A stretch of DNA of 64,000 nt from Octopus vulgaris (Eukaryota), in the NCBI GenBank assembly GCA_951406725.2, contig OX597815.1, positions 10,478,001-10,542,000 of the forward strand. Direction: 5' to 3'. Below the pieces are notes generated by a model. That model was not told where the DNA came from and did no database searches. It worked only from the letters and a program-made list of their open reading frames with translations. Made by a program: the position numbers and the translations under genes. This document shows positions 13,008 through 24,535 of this stretch, piece after piece (the stretch's first letter is position 1; the number at the start of each line of letters is the position of its first letter).

Positions 13008-13624
13008 CCTATCAGCCGCTTATAAATTTTTTAGGTTAGTACCATGGTTGCCTGCCTAATTTGCATATTTGTGCATTTGACTGCTCGTCATTCCACTCGA
13101 CTGTCTTTCACTCCACCGCCATATTTAATCATATACTGGGCAAGTACCTTTCCATTTTATATTTCCCCTACTCATCTTTGTCCCACTTCTACTCGCGGTG
13201 CTCTACTCTTAAGTCATGTTCAGCTATGTGAACGTCACGTTTTGTTTCACATGTCCGCGTTTCATAAATCAATAACACAGAAACTTCTGTGGGAATACTA
13301 ACCTATTTGAAAACAATTATACAATAGATCAATAAATTACTGCCGCGCTGCTGGAATTTTGGTCTAATGCTACGCAGTGTGTGCATAGATTTTAATAGAC
13401 CACCTTCGGTGAAATTTCGAAGTTGTACTTAATTATTTAGAAATTAGAAACTCAATATTTACGTAGAAACCTATTTGAGAAAAAATAAAAACATAAATGA
13501 AAGTACGACATATTAAATTGCTGATGTGTTAGCAGTATTCTTTTGTAACACAGTGCGTGTGTGCTTGTGCGTGTGGGTCTGCGCTTGTGTGTGTGCGCGT
13601 CTGTGTTTGTGTGTGTGTTCCTGT

Positions 13625-13788
13625 AAATTAGCGGTTCGGCAAAAAAAAAAAAAACCCGATAGAATAAGTACTAGGCTTACAGAGAATAAGTCCCTGTGGT
13701 CGATTTCTTCGACTAAAATACTCTTTAAAGCGGTACTCCAGCCTGGCCGCATTCAAGTGACTGAAACGTGTAAAAGAATAAAAGAATA
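13625..13788 (+). mobile_element. SINE group C 3' part
   Basis: ttagcggttcggcaaaa...gatagaataagtact...gactgaaac...taaaagaataaaag. Confidence 0.75.
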
Positions 13789-13812
13789 CACAGACAGACA
13801 GAGACACACACA

Positions 13813-13887
<75 letters not shown>

Positions 13888-14129
13888 GCACGCGCACGCA
13901 CACACACATATCGTCAGTAGTTCATATATCCGAAAATGAAGCACATTCTAAAGCATTAAAGCAGTAATATATTTTTAAGGAAGTTAAAAATTATAGCCTT
14001 TCATAGAGTGACTATTGCTTTCGCATTTATAAATTGCTTAGTCTGGCAAATGGCCTATACTGTTAAGTGCCTTGTAGGTGCTAAAGTAATGGTCACTTTA
14101 TGACTGTCCATAACTGTTAATTTCCTAAA

Positions 14130-14177
<48 letters not shown>

Positions 14178-14230
14178 TTATTGGTGAATTGAAGAAATGG
14201 AGCTGAACGAAGATTGAACAGAAATCGTTT

Positions 14231-14323
14231 TATTTCATTCTACACGTGTTTCGAAAGGCACAATTTACCAAAATCCGATTGAATAATGAGACCATATTGT
14301 GTCTTTCTCTTCAGGAAGAAATA
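14231..14323 (-). ncRNA. mirror-image hammerhead ribozyme in the left arm of the palindrome
   Basis: Exact reverse complement of 14492-14584. Confidence 0.8.
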
Positions 14324-14491
14324 GGAAATCCGTTGGAAAAAACAAAAACAGAACAGAGGCGGAGCAAAACAAATCGAACTAGGCTCCTAAGAGCCCATGG
14401 CAAAACTCTTTTTGCCATGGGCTCTTAGGAGCCTAGTTCGATTTGTTTTGCTCCGCCTCTGTTCTGTTTTTGTTTTTTCCAACGGATTTCC

Positions 14492-14584
14492 TATTTCTTC
14501 CTGAAGAGAAAGACACAATATGGTCTCATTATTCAATCGGATTTTGGTAAATTGTGCCTTTCGAAACACGTGTAGAATGAAATA
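14492..14584 (+). ncRNA. type I hammerhead ribozyme, canonical core
   Basis: UAUUUCUUC-CUGAAGA-GAAAGACACAAU..AUUGUGCCUUUC-GAA-ACACGUGU-A-GAAuGAAAUA: stem I 9 bp with 1 bulge, stem II 11/12 bp, palindromic stem III, GUA site at 14572-14574. Confidence 0.85.
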
Positions 14585-14790
14585 AAACGATTTCTGTTCA
14601 ATCTTCGTTCAGCTCCATTTCTTCAATTCACCAATAATATTTTAATTTCAATTATCCGCACCAACGCACGGTTGCAACACCATATGGTTGTACCTCCAAC
14701 CGTGCTGTCTTCTGCTGTGATTTTTGCTACCAAGGTATCGGTTAAACTTTTGATTAATCTGCTACAAGATTATTCATCTTTCTATTTCAC

Positions 14791-14864
<74 letters not shown>

Positions 14865-15038
14865 TATAAAATAATATGTTATAATATGGTGTTGTGGATT
14901 TCCACTTCGGCATCTGAAACTCAGAGTTTTATCTTGACTATTGAGTAATTGTAACATATTATTTTATAGATAAATTTCGTCTACTTACATAATATTGAGG
15001 TCTCTTTCTTTCTTTTGTTATCTTACCGTTTTTACCAA
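14865..15038 (+). mobile_element. PLE-type terminal fragment with the 3' half of an HHR and an inverted 5' piece
   Basis: Stem II ggtgttg..cggcatc, then U-GAA-ACUC a GAGU-U. The CUGANGA half is replaced by 14865-14885, a near-exact reverse complement of 14948-14968. Lies between (GATA)n and (TA)n. Confidence 0.5.
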
Positions 15039-15087
<49 letters not shown>

Positions 15088-15225
15088 CGGAGATGTACTT
15101 GCATAGCAAGTGACTTGATCAAAGATCGTGTGGTGGAACGAAATCAATTGCAGCATGGAAGGTGTTTATAAGCCATTTAAGAAACACACAAAAACCGTTA
15201 GATTCACTTCAAAATTTAAATTTAA

Positions 15226-15276
15226 TTTGTCAAAATATTTTCGTCGCTTTGAGACCGCGACCTGTTCACTGACAAA
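15226..15276 (-). ncRNA. minimal type I hammerhead ribozyme, G3:C8 variant (second copy; element 15086-15290)
   Basis: UUUGUCA-GUGAACA-G-GUCGC..GCGAC-GAA-AAUAUU-U-UGACAAA, with palindromic stem III. Confidence 0.65.
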
Positions 15277-15291
15277 ACTTCGTGCTGCATC

Positions 15292-15530
15292 TGATATCTA
15301 AAGACCTCCTTCGGTTATAATTGATAATAGGATTGTACCTAGAAAGTTCCTCACCGAGGCACAAGGTTGTTTATGGAAGATCAGCAGTCGCCCAAGAATA
15401 CTAGCCTCCCATCTGCACCATTGTTACCCAAGAGAAAGGCAAAGGCCGATACAACTTGGCACCTGTAACGTTGCAATTAATTTCTACAGCTGAATGAACT
15501 GGAGCAATGTGAAACAAAGTGTCTTGTTCT
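15292..15530 (-). mobile_element. CORE-like SINE fragment with a distinct tail
   Basis: Reverse complement contains caagacactttgtttcacattgctccagttcattcagctg, shared with 29091-29416, followed by a different tail. Confidence 0.65.
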
Positions 15531-15769
15531 CGGTCACATTTTCTAGGGTTCCTTTCATTAGCGAATCCCACCTACTTTTTCCAGCAACTTCTGTTCAGGC
15601 TACATGGAACTGATTGTATAGTCCCTTCTTGAATAATTCTTCATGTCCTTTTTGTACATCTTCCTTTGTTTTTCCTTTTTTTCCCTCTGCTCTCAATACT
15701 CCCTCGTTCCTAAATGTCACTAACAAGGTTTCCTTACTTTAGTCTAGTTATCTCATTAAGCACTCGAGT

Positions 15770-15810
<41 letters not shown>

Positions 15811-16371
15811 ATATATATATATATATATGTATTAGATAGATAGATAGATAGATAGATGAGATAGCATAGATAGGAGCATTCTTGACGTCCTGCCCTTCTC
15901 ATTTAGCTCCTTCTCTCTCCACTTCAGGATTGCAATGACAAACCGAACTACTTACTGCCACTGCGCGAGAGTTTATTGCCGAAATATGTTTCTGGAATTC
16001 AGATTTGAAGCCAGTATTTTTCTCACTCGCCGCAGGTACTTTTTATCTTTTTATCTTTTCCTTCATGTCGTTGTGTTTGACACAATCTGCTTCAACTATT
16101 CTCAGATATTTATAGTTAGATTGCGGTTGAATTACCTTCATCATTTCACCACTTGGCAACCATATGCTTTCTGTCCTGGCCAGCTTTCATTGTCTCATCC
16201 CCATCGTAGCACATTTTTTAAGAGTCCAAACTCCATCTTAATATCATTGGAGAAAATCCACACAGACTGGACTAAGCTGTCTTGTTCTGCCTCTGTTTTT
16301 GTGAATAGCTTCAGGTTGTTCCAGCTTCATTAACACCATGATTTGATACCATTGGTATACATTGGTATATA

Positions 16372-16570
16372 TTGTGGTCTCGATTTCTGGACCGGGCGAC
16401 GCGTTGTGTTCTTGAGCAAAGCACTTCATTTCACGTTGTTCCAGTCCACTCAGCTGGCAAAAATGAGTAACGCTGCGATGGACTGGTGTCCCGTCCAGCT
16501 GGGGAACACATACGCCATAGAAACCGGGAAACCGGGCCCATGAGCCTGGTTAGGCTTTAAAAAGGGCGCA
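16372..16570 (+). mobile_element. SINE: CORE-like body with tail type 3
   Basis: gtgttcttgagcaaagcacttcatttcacgttgttccagtccactcagctggcaaaaatgagt, then gcgatggactggtgtcccgtccag...gaaaccgggcccatgagcc. Confidence 0.8.
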
Positions 16571-16593
16571 ATTATATTATTATTATTATTATG

Positions 16594-16720
<127 letters not shown>

Positions 16721-17170
16721 ACATAGTATGTGTGTGTAAGAGTTACAAGACCAATAGGAATATTATTTGTTGTTTCACGAGCTACTAGAAATAACAACAA
16801 CAACTCATCGAATTACGTGTTACAGCCTAAGTACGGAAGGACACATTAGATAATATACTTTTCGATTTGCTGTTTGAAAGAAGGTTAACACGGCCACCCG
16901 GCCACCGCTGCTAGAAGGCTTAGTCTGTCGGGTCAGAGACGATCTAAGGTTAAACGACAACAGGAAAAACAATGCTTTTATTCATACAACAAAGATTTTG
17001 TACGTGTTGAATCGAAAGAGTAGCTATATCTACTTCAAATCACAGCAGAAAAATTCACTGAATAGCTAATAGCCCTGGTTAGGCACATCATGTCGGAAAA
17101 TATGGCCAGAGTATTTTGGATCATATCAGCTGCGCAAGTGCATATACGGGGATACCTAACAACAACATCA

Positions 17171-17546
17171 GTGGAGGCGCAATGGCCCAGAGGTTAAGGC
17201 AGTGGACTCGCGGTCGGAGGATCGCGGTTTCGATTCCCAAACCTGGCGTTGTGTGTGTTTATTGAGCGGAAGCATCTAAAAGATCCACGAGGCGCCGGCA
17301 GTGGGTGGTGGCGACCCCTGTTGTACTCTTTCGCTCCAACTTTCTCTCACTCTTTCTTCCTGTTTCATGTCTCCGACTTCCTACGCAACCGATGAGCCTG
17401 GATGCGCATTCATCCATCCGTCGATGCTCTCGGTGTCGGGGGTTGACCTGCTTTCTCTTCTACGGGTCTTACGAATAGCAAAGGCCCACGTTTCGAACTT
17501 CTCCCATCTTGCGAGCTCTGGGACGAAGACCGCTTCGCTCAACAGC
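17171..17546 (+). mobile_element. SINE group B head with tail type 2
   Basis: B head and body, then ccgacttcctacgcaacc...gaagaccgcttcgctcaac. Flanked by caacatca repeats. Confidence 0.85.
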
Positions 17547-18055
17547 AACAGCAACATCAAATATTTTGCCAACTGATATAAATTTACCTGGTTCTGATCT
17601 CCCCATCGTGTTTATTTCATGTATTCGCTTAATATGTCCTTTCTGATTATAGTCATTTATTACCTACACCAAAAACCATTTATCATCACGCAATGTTAGA
17701 ATGGTGGACTTCCCTGCACGTTTACTAAAAAATTGCTGTGTTTATACTTCGATAAAGAATCTTCTAGATTTTCGCAGACCCCCCCACCATCCTCGACTGT
17801 TCACGTTGGAGTTATCAACGTGAAATACTAGTCCAGAGCGGAATTGTTACAATCACAAAACGTGATTAAATATAATTGAGAAACGATGTTTGATAGATAT
17901 GGTTCCACAATTTAAATTAAAAATGTCTAATGGAAAAATTCACTGAATAGCTAATAGCCCTGGTTAGGCACATCATGTCGGAAAATATGGCCAAAGTATT
18001 TTTGGTCATATCAGCTGCGCAAGCGCATATACGGAGATAAATAACAGCAACATCA

Positions 18056-18424
18056 GTGGAGGCGAAATGGCCCAGTGGTTAGGGCAGCGGACTCACGGTC
18101 GGAGGATCGCGGTTTCTGTTCCCAGACCTGGCGTTGTGTATGTTTATTTTGCGATAACACCTAAAGCTCCACGACGCTCCGGCAGGGGGTGGTGGCGACC
18201 CCTGTTATACTTTTTCGTCCCAACTTTCTCTCACTCTTTCTTCCTGTTTCTTGTCCCCGACTTCCTACGCAACCACTGAGCCTGGATGCGCATTCATCCA
18301 TCCGTCAATGCTCTCGGTGTCGGGGGTTGACCTGCTTTCTCTTCTGCAGGTCTTGCGACTAGCAAAGGACCACGTTTCGGACTTCTCCCATCTTGCGAGC
18401 TCTGGGACGAAGACCGCTTCGCTC
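18056..18424 (+). mobile_element. SINE group B head with tail type 2 (duplicated copy)
   Basis: Same sequence and site as 17171. aacagcaacatca occurs on both sides. Confidence 0.85.
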
Positions 18425-19434
18425 AACAGCAACATCAAATATTTTGCCAACTGATATAAATTTACCTGGTTCTGCTCTCCTCATCGTCTTTATATCATGT
18501 ATTCGCATTATGTGACCTTTCTGATTATAGATATTTATTACCTACACCAAAAACCATTTATCATCACGCGATGTTAGAATGGTGGACTTTCCTGCACGTT
18601 TACTAACAAATTGTTGTGTTTATACTTCGATAAAGAATCTTCTAGATTTTCGCAGCTCCCCCAGCCCCCCATCCTCGACTGTTCACGTTGGAGTTATCAA
18701 CGTGAAATACTAGTCCAGAGCGGAATTGTTACAATCACAAAACGTGATTAAATATAATTGAGAAACGATGTTTGATAGATATGGTTCCACAATTTAAATT
18801 AAAAATGTCTAATGGAAAAAGAAAGAGAGGTAGGGGGAGAGAAAGTGAAAGAGAAAAAGAGAGATAGGCAGACAGAGAGAAAGAGAGACAAAGAGAGAAA
18901 GAGGGAGGGTGAGAAAGACAGAGAGATAAACTGACAGAGAGATTGAGGGAGGGCGAGAAAGGAAGAAGAGAAAGACAAAAACAGAGATAGAAATTGTGAA
19001 ATATAACAAGTTATCTTGTCACGTGATCTCGTTGGTAGCTCACAGCAATGGTGAGACGGTACGTCAGCAGACAATTCAAATGATGATTATATTTCTACAT
19101 GGCCGTTCTACATTTTAGAAATCACACATTACAATCTTCATGCGTGTCGACATCCTTGGGGGAGATTTTGGGATCAACTGGCTGGTCTGTTACGGACGAA
19201 TTACGGTCCAGGACCCATGGATAATTTCTAGAAATGCCTGACCTTGTAGTGTTACTCTGTGGAATTGCTGGTTCGGCATATGCTCCCTAATGGGAGTTTA
19301 ATTTCTCGCACTTTTTTGTTATTCCATTGTATACACGCGAAAACCCATTGTATCGCCCTGTTTTTGTCTTAATGTTGTTGAATGCCTTTTAATGTTCTGT
19401 ATGTGAGCCCTTGCGGCCAAAAAAAGAATAAATG

Positions 19435-19482
<48 letters not shown>

Positions 19483-19549
19483 TTTTTTTTCCTTCTTTTC
19501 TTCCATTTCTCGCCGAGTGTTTTCCGTACACCTAGGATTACACACGCAA

Positions 19550-19580
<31 letters not shown>

Positions 19581-19584
<4 letters not shown>

Positions 19585-19800
19585 GGCCACCATACTGTGA
19601 AGTCACAGAAATTTGAGGCTCCGTCAGTTGAAAAAGTGGTCGAGATAAACACTACTAGCACGGATGTGCTGTCAGACGGGCTTGTCCGAGGTTCTCGCAG
19701 AACGAAGAAACCGTTCTGCATGCACTCGTTCAGTGTCCGGGCATTGCTGACTTGAGGAGTCATGCCGAACAGCTGTTGTCACATGTAGGACGGATGCGTC
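19581..19800 (+). pseudogene. L1/Tx1-like ORF2 CCHC-finger fragment
   Basis: Translates CPRFSQNEETVLHALVQCPGIADLRSHAEQLL, a degenerate CPxC..ETxxH...C motif. Confidence 0.65.
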
Positions 19801-19975
19801 TTGAATATTAGACTCTCAATGGAGGTAAATCTTCGTGATTTCATTTCGAAATCATTTCCTATTCACTTCCAATTAGCTGTTAGTGGAAGGCGGCGCCGCT
19901 TCTTAAATTAATGCTATTTCAAAATAAAATCTTTTAGAAAAATGCTTTTAATATTCTAGTCTCAACAGTACAAGA

Positions 19976-20026
<51 letters not shown>

Positions 20027-20054
20027 CATATATATACATATATATACATATATA

Positions 20055-20433
20055 TCTCTCTATATATAAACGGCAGTTTGTCTGTCTGTGTGTCTGTGTG
20101 TCTGTGTGTCTGTCAGGTTGTACCCTCACCCTGACCACGGCTTTCAACCGATTCTGATGAAACTTGACACACACATAGCCCAATGTCATAATTCAAAACT
20201 AACGCAGCGAAAATTTTGAAAAGTTCCCCCAGTTCTGAAAAAAATCGATAAATTCGACATGGGGTCGAGAATCAGAAACACAAACCACAGACTGTCTAGG
20301 GGACGCAACTCGACCTTTTTAACTAAAAAAAAAATTACCATCATTTTTTTTCCATTTTTTGGCTATAACTCTCTAAAAATGCTTTATAGTTATTTCCCTT
20401 ACAAACCCGAGCAACGCCGGGCGATACTTGCTA

Positions 20434-20434
<1 letters not shown>
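20055..20434 (+). mobile_element. non-autonomous Helitron
   Basis: 5' TC(TC)TATATATAAA, subterminal hairpin CCCGAGCAACGCCGGG, 3' CTAG, inserted between A and T without a TSD. Confidence 0.85.
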
Positions 20435-20466
<32 letters not shown>

Positions 20467-20468
20467 AC

Positions 20469-20517
20469 TTATAAACAAGGGCAAAAGAAAATAATTTTCT
20501 TTTGCCCTTGTTTATAA
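20469..20517. repeat. perfect 24-bp-arm hairpin next to (TA)n
   Basis: ttataaacaagggcaaaagaaaat-a-attttcttttgcccttgtttataa. Confidence 0.9.
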
Positions 20518-20613
20518 ATTGTTTATAATTTTAACCTTTAAAGGTATTTTAATATGCTGCCACATTTTTTGATGAATTTTTTTCTATAAGAAAACTTCAT
20601 CCTATATTAGTAG

Positions 20614-20666
<53 letters not shown>

Positions 20667-21268
20667 CTATATTTATGCACACATACACATATAAAGGACG
20701 GAGGACCTCATAAGTAGTCAACGACTATCCAACAAATATGTGTAAATATGTGTATATCGTTTCTAAATATTCTTTTATGTATGTATACATGTATGTTTAC
20801 TTTCATTCATATATGTATAATCTTATTTATATTTAGATCTTATTTTATTTATATTTTAAAAATACATTATCTTTTACTTTTTATGTATGCATGAGCTGTT
20901 CCACGTCGGACGCCGGAATGATATTTAATCCATCAACGGAACGTTCTGGGTGTCGGTTTGGTGTCTGGGATAGCCTATGTCATAAGCTGGTAGAAGTTCT
21001 TTAACCTTGGTTGGTAATCTACCTAGCAGAACGAAATGTCCAAAATAAAACCTGAGGCCATGGAAGTTCCCCGTTTTGTCAAATCTCATGTCACACCAGC
21101 GAAAGTTTCATTTGCCCAATAGGTGGGGGTAGTACAGTGCAAAATACACCCACTGAAAATTATCCATCTGCACAGGTACTTCTTGTACACCAAATCTTGG
21201 TGAAATCATTGAACTGGTTGGCAGAAACCTTGCAACTAACACTTGCATCTTACTCTGAAATGTCTCAA

Positions 21269-21633
21269 TGGAAGCACTCCGTCGGTTACGACGACGAGGG
21301 GGTTCCGGTTGATCCGAATCAACGGAACAGCCTGCTCGTGAAATTAACGTGTAAGTGGCTGAGCACTCCACAGACACGTGCAATCTTAACGTAGTTCTCG
21401 GGGATATTCAGCGTGACACAGAGTGACAAGGCCGGCCCCTTGAAATATAGGTACAACAGAAACAGGAAGTAAGAGTGAGAGAAAGTTGTGGTGAAAGAGT
21501 ACAGCAGGGATCGCTACCATCCCCTGCCGGAGCCTCGTGGAGCTTTAGGTGTTTTCGCTCAATAAACACTCACAACGCCCGGTCTGGGAATCGAAACCGC
21601 GATCCTATGACCGCGAGTCCGCTGCGCCTCCAC
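21269..21633 (-). mobile_element. SINE group B (tail 1) with a 12-bp TSD and an A-box deletion
   Basis: TSD gaaatgtctcaa at 21257-21268 and 21634-21645. The head lacks about 20 nt containing TGGCCCAGTGGTTAG. Confidence 0.92.
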
Positions 21634-21784
21634 GAAATGTCTCAAACAGATTCAGTGAAAGACAAAGAAGGCTTGGGAAGGTCAGGTGGACAGATCTGGC
21701 TCGGCAGATGTTCCAGTGTGTCGCAGTCTGGGCCCGGTCGTCATCCTGGCCAGTGTGGTCAAACAATCTTGAAGAAGAAGAAAA

Positions 21785-22800
21785 AATCTAAATTTTGGCT
21801 GTTGCAATGTACACACACTTCTAGGTGATAATTTCAGGAAGGGGCCAGAAAGGCATACTGCACTTATTGCATGTGAACTTAAAAAATATTCCCTTGATTT
21901 AGTTGCGCCCTCTGAAACTTGTCTCTCTGGTGAGGATCAAATAAATGAACCTACTTATGGATGCATTATCTTCAGAAGAAGCCTACCTGAGGGTCAGCGA
22001 AGAGAATCTGGTGTTGGGTTTGCTCTCAAAAAAATCATTAGTATTCTCCATTACAGAATTTCCAAGTGGTGTGTCAGAACGAACCATATCGTGCCGTATA
22101 AATCTGACAAAGGGTAGGATTTTTACCATTGTCTCATTCTGATGAAACTGTAGGACAGTTTTATGATGATCTAGTACAATTAATGAGGAAAGTACCAATT
22201 TCTGACAAGCTGATCGTATTGGGATATTTCAATTCAAGAGTTGGAAATGACTATATTTCATGGCCTGTTTTAGGCCGACATCGGATTGGAAAATGTAATA
22301 AAACTGGAGTAGCTCTTTTGACGTTTTGATTTGAGAATAATCTGATTGTTTCCAACACTCTGTTTAAGCAGAAAAATAAATATAAAACCACCTAGGTGCA
22401 CCAAAGATCTAAGGACTGGAATCTCATAGATTATATTTTGCTCAGAAAGCGTGATATGAAAGATGTTTGAAGTATTTGTACTATGAGAGAAGCAGATAGC
22501 TGGACTTACCATCGTCTAGTGCGTAGAAAAATGAAATTTTCGATAATGCCTAAAAGTCGACAGGATGGTTCTCAGGTACCGAAAAAGTTAAATATTGCAA
22601 ACTTCAAATTACCAAGCAACTTGCAAAGATTCTACGATGCCAAACAATCTATGCTTATCTATGTTTTGAAATCTTCCTATAAATTCTATGGGAAGATTTT
22701 GAAACAAAGTATTTCAGGCTACAAGTTCCTTAGTGGGATTTAAATCGCGACTGGTTTTCAGATAAATCACCAGAAATTCAAGATTCACTTTTAGAAAAAC
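21785..22800 (+). pseudogene. RTE-clade LINE, apurinic-like endonuclease domain
   Basis: CNVHTLL...PERHTALIACELKKYSLDLVAPSET...RRESGVGFAL...FYDDL...DKLIVLGYFNSRVG...NTLFKQK...LIDYIL...YHRLVR, with stops and frameshifts. Confidence 0.9.
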
Positions 22801-23016
22801 AAAACTTAGGCAAGCTATGTGTACTAATATACCCCAGAAAGAAAGGCAATCATACCGACAAACAAGATTCCCAGGGACAGAAAAATCCTTATGAGACGCA
22901 GGTCAAAGGTCTCAAAGCGGCTGAATAGGCAAGTGAAGGAAAGGGAGAAGTCTATCTTAATACGAACACCTATAGGAATCGAAAACAAGATCAAATTCTT
23001 TCGCGAAACAGAAAGA

Positions 23017-23019
<3 letters not shown>

Positions 23020-23108
<89 letters not shown>

Positions 23109-23135
23109 GAATAAGAATAATAATAATAAGAAGAA

Positions 23136-23194
<59 letters not shown>

Positions 23195-23597
23195 AGAATT
23201 GAAGAAGAAGAAGAAGAAGAAGAAGAAGAAGAAGAAGAAGAAGAAGAAGAAGAAGATGAATAGAAGAAGAAGAAGAAGAAGAAGAAGAAGAAGAATAGAA
23301 GAAGAAGAAGAAGAATAGAAGAAGAAGAAGAAGAAGAAGAATAGAAGAAGAAGAAGAAGAAGAAGAAGAAGAAGAAGAAGAAGAAGAAGAATAGAAGAAG
23401 AAGAAGAAGAAAGAAGAAGAAGAAGAAGAAGAAGAAGAAGAATGAAGAAGAAGAAGAAGAAGAAGAAGAAGAAGAAGAAGAAGAAGAAGAAGAAAGAAGA
23501 AGAAGAAGAAGAAGAAGAAGAAGAAAGAAGAAGAAGAAGAGAGAAGAAGAAGAAGAAGAAGAAGAAGAAAGAAGAAGAAGAAGAAGAAGAAGAAGAA

Positions 23598-23628
<31 letters not shown>

Positions 23629-23696
23629 AAGAAGAAGAAGAAGATGAATAGAAGAAGAAGAAGAAGAAGAAGAATAGAAGAAGAAGAAGACGAATA

Positions 23697-23728
<32 letters not shown>

Positions 23729-23803
23729 AGAATGGAAGAAGAATAGAAGAAGAAGAAGAAGAAGAAGAAGAAGAAGAAGAAGAAGAAGAAGAAGAAGAAG
23801 AAG
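23020..23803. repeat. (AG)n followed by a long (GAA)n microsatellite
   Basis: Simple repeat tracts. Confidence 0.97.
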
Positions 23804-24057
23804 GGGATAAGGTCAAGACTGTCGTTAGGGATGCTTACGTCACAGCACACACATACTGTGTTACAACGGAGTTTGGAATGTGACTGTTTTAATTTTCGAA
23901 CTAATTAAAGAAATATTTCATTTCATTATCTCATTGCGACAAAATCATCATTAAGAGCCTCCAGTTCTTAGCACACGTGTCAATTAGAAGAAGAAAGACA
24001 TCTTATTTAGCTCTTAGGTACCGAAGTTCAAATGACGATAAATGAACATGCAGATAG

Positions 24058-24148
<91 letters not shown>

Positions 24149-24186
24149 CATACATACATATATACATATATATATATATACATACG

Positions 24187-24248
<62 letters not shown>

Positions 24249-24317
24249 ATATATATATGTATATATGTATGTATGTATGTATATATATATATATATATAT
24301 TATACATATATATATAA

Positions 24318-24490
24318 AGTATAGGAAAGAATTAATATATTAAATTAAACTTCAAATTTCCGCACTAAGGCACGGAGTTTATGCCCTATGGTCGTAACTT
24401 CAACCGTGCTTTTTCTGTTGTGAGTTTGCTACCCAGGTATCGGTTATCTTTCGAATTATCCGTAATAAGATAATTGATTTGTCTACTTAA

Positions 24491-24492
<2 letters not shown>
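24318..24492 (+). mobile_element. truncated relative of the 14175-14793 element (3' end only)
   Basis: ccgcactaaggcacgg...caaccgtgct...ttgctacccaggtatcggtta aligns with 14656-14745. (TA)n on both sides. Confidence 0.7.
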
Positions 24493-24533
<41 letters not shown>

Positions 24534-24535
24534 AG

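Larger units (their letters stand above)
14175..14640. repeat. perfect inverted repeat with 231-bp arms and a 4-nt spacer (ctct, 14406-14409); part of a PLE-type terminal repeat extending to about 14793
   Basis: The arms are exact reverse complements as read; mirror ORFs 14246+ and 14569- are near-identical. Flanked by (TA)n. Confidence 0.95.
17048..18817 (+). repeat. tandem duplication of an ~885-bp unit (17048-17932 and 17933-18817)
   Basis: Both units start gaaaaattcactgaatagctaatagccctggttagg, end aaaatgtctaatgg, and carry the same SINE at the same site. Confidence 0.95.

Noticed and set aside
14246-14569. Twin 60-aa ORFs as a duplicated small gene
   Set aside because: They are a by-product of the palindrome and start at GTG.
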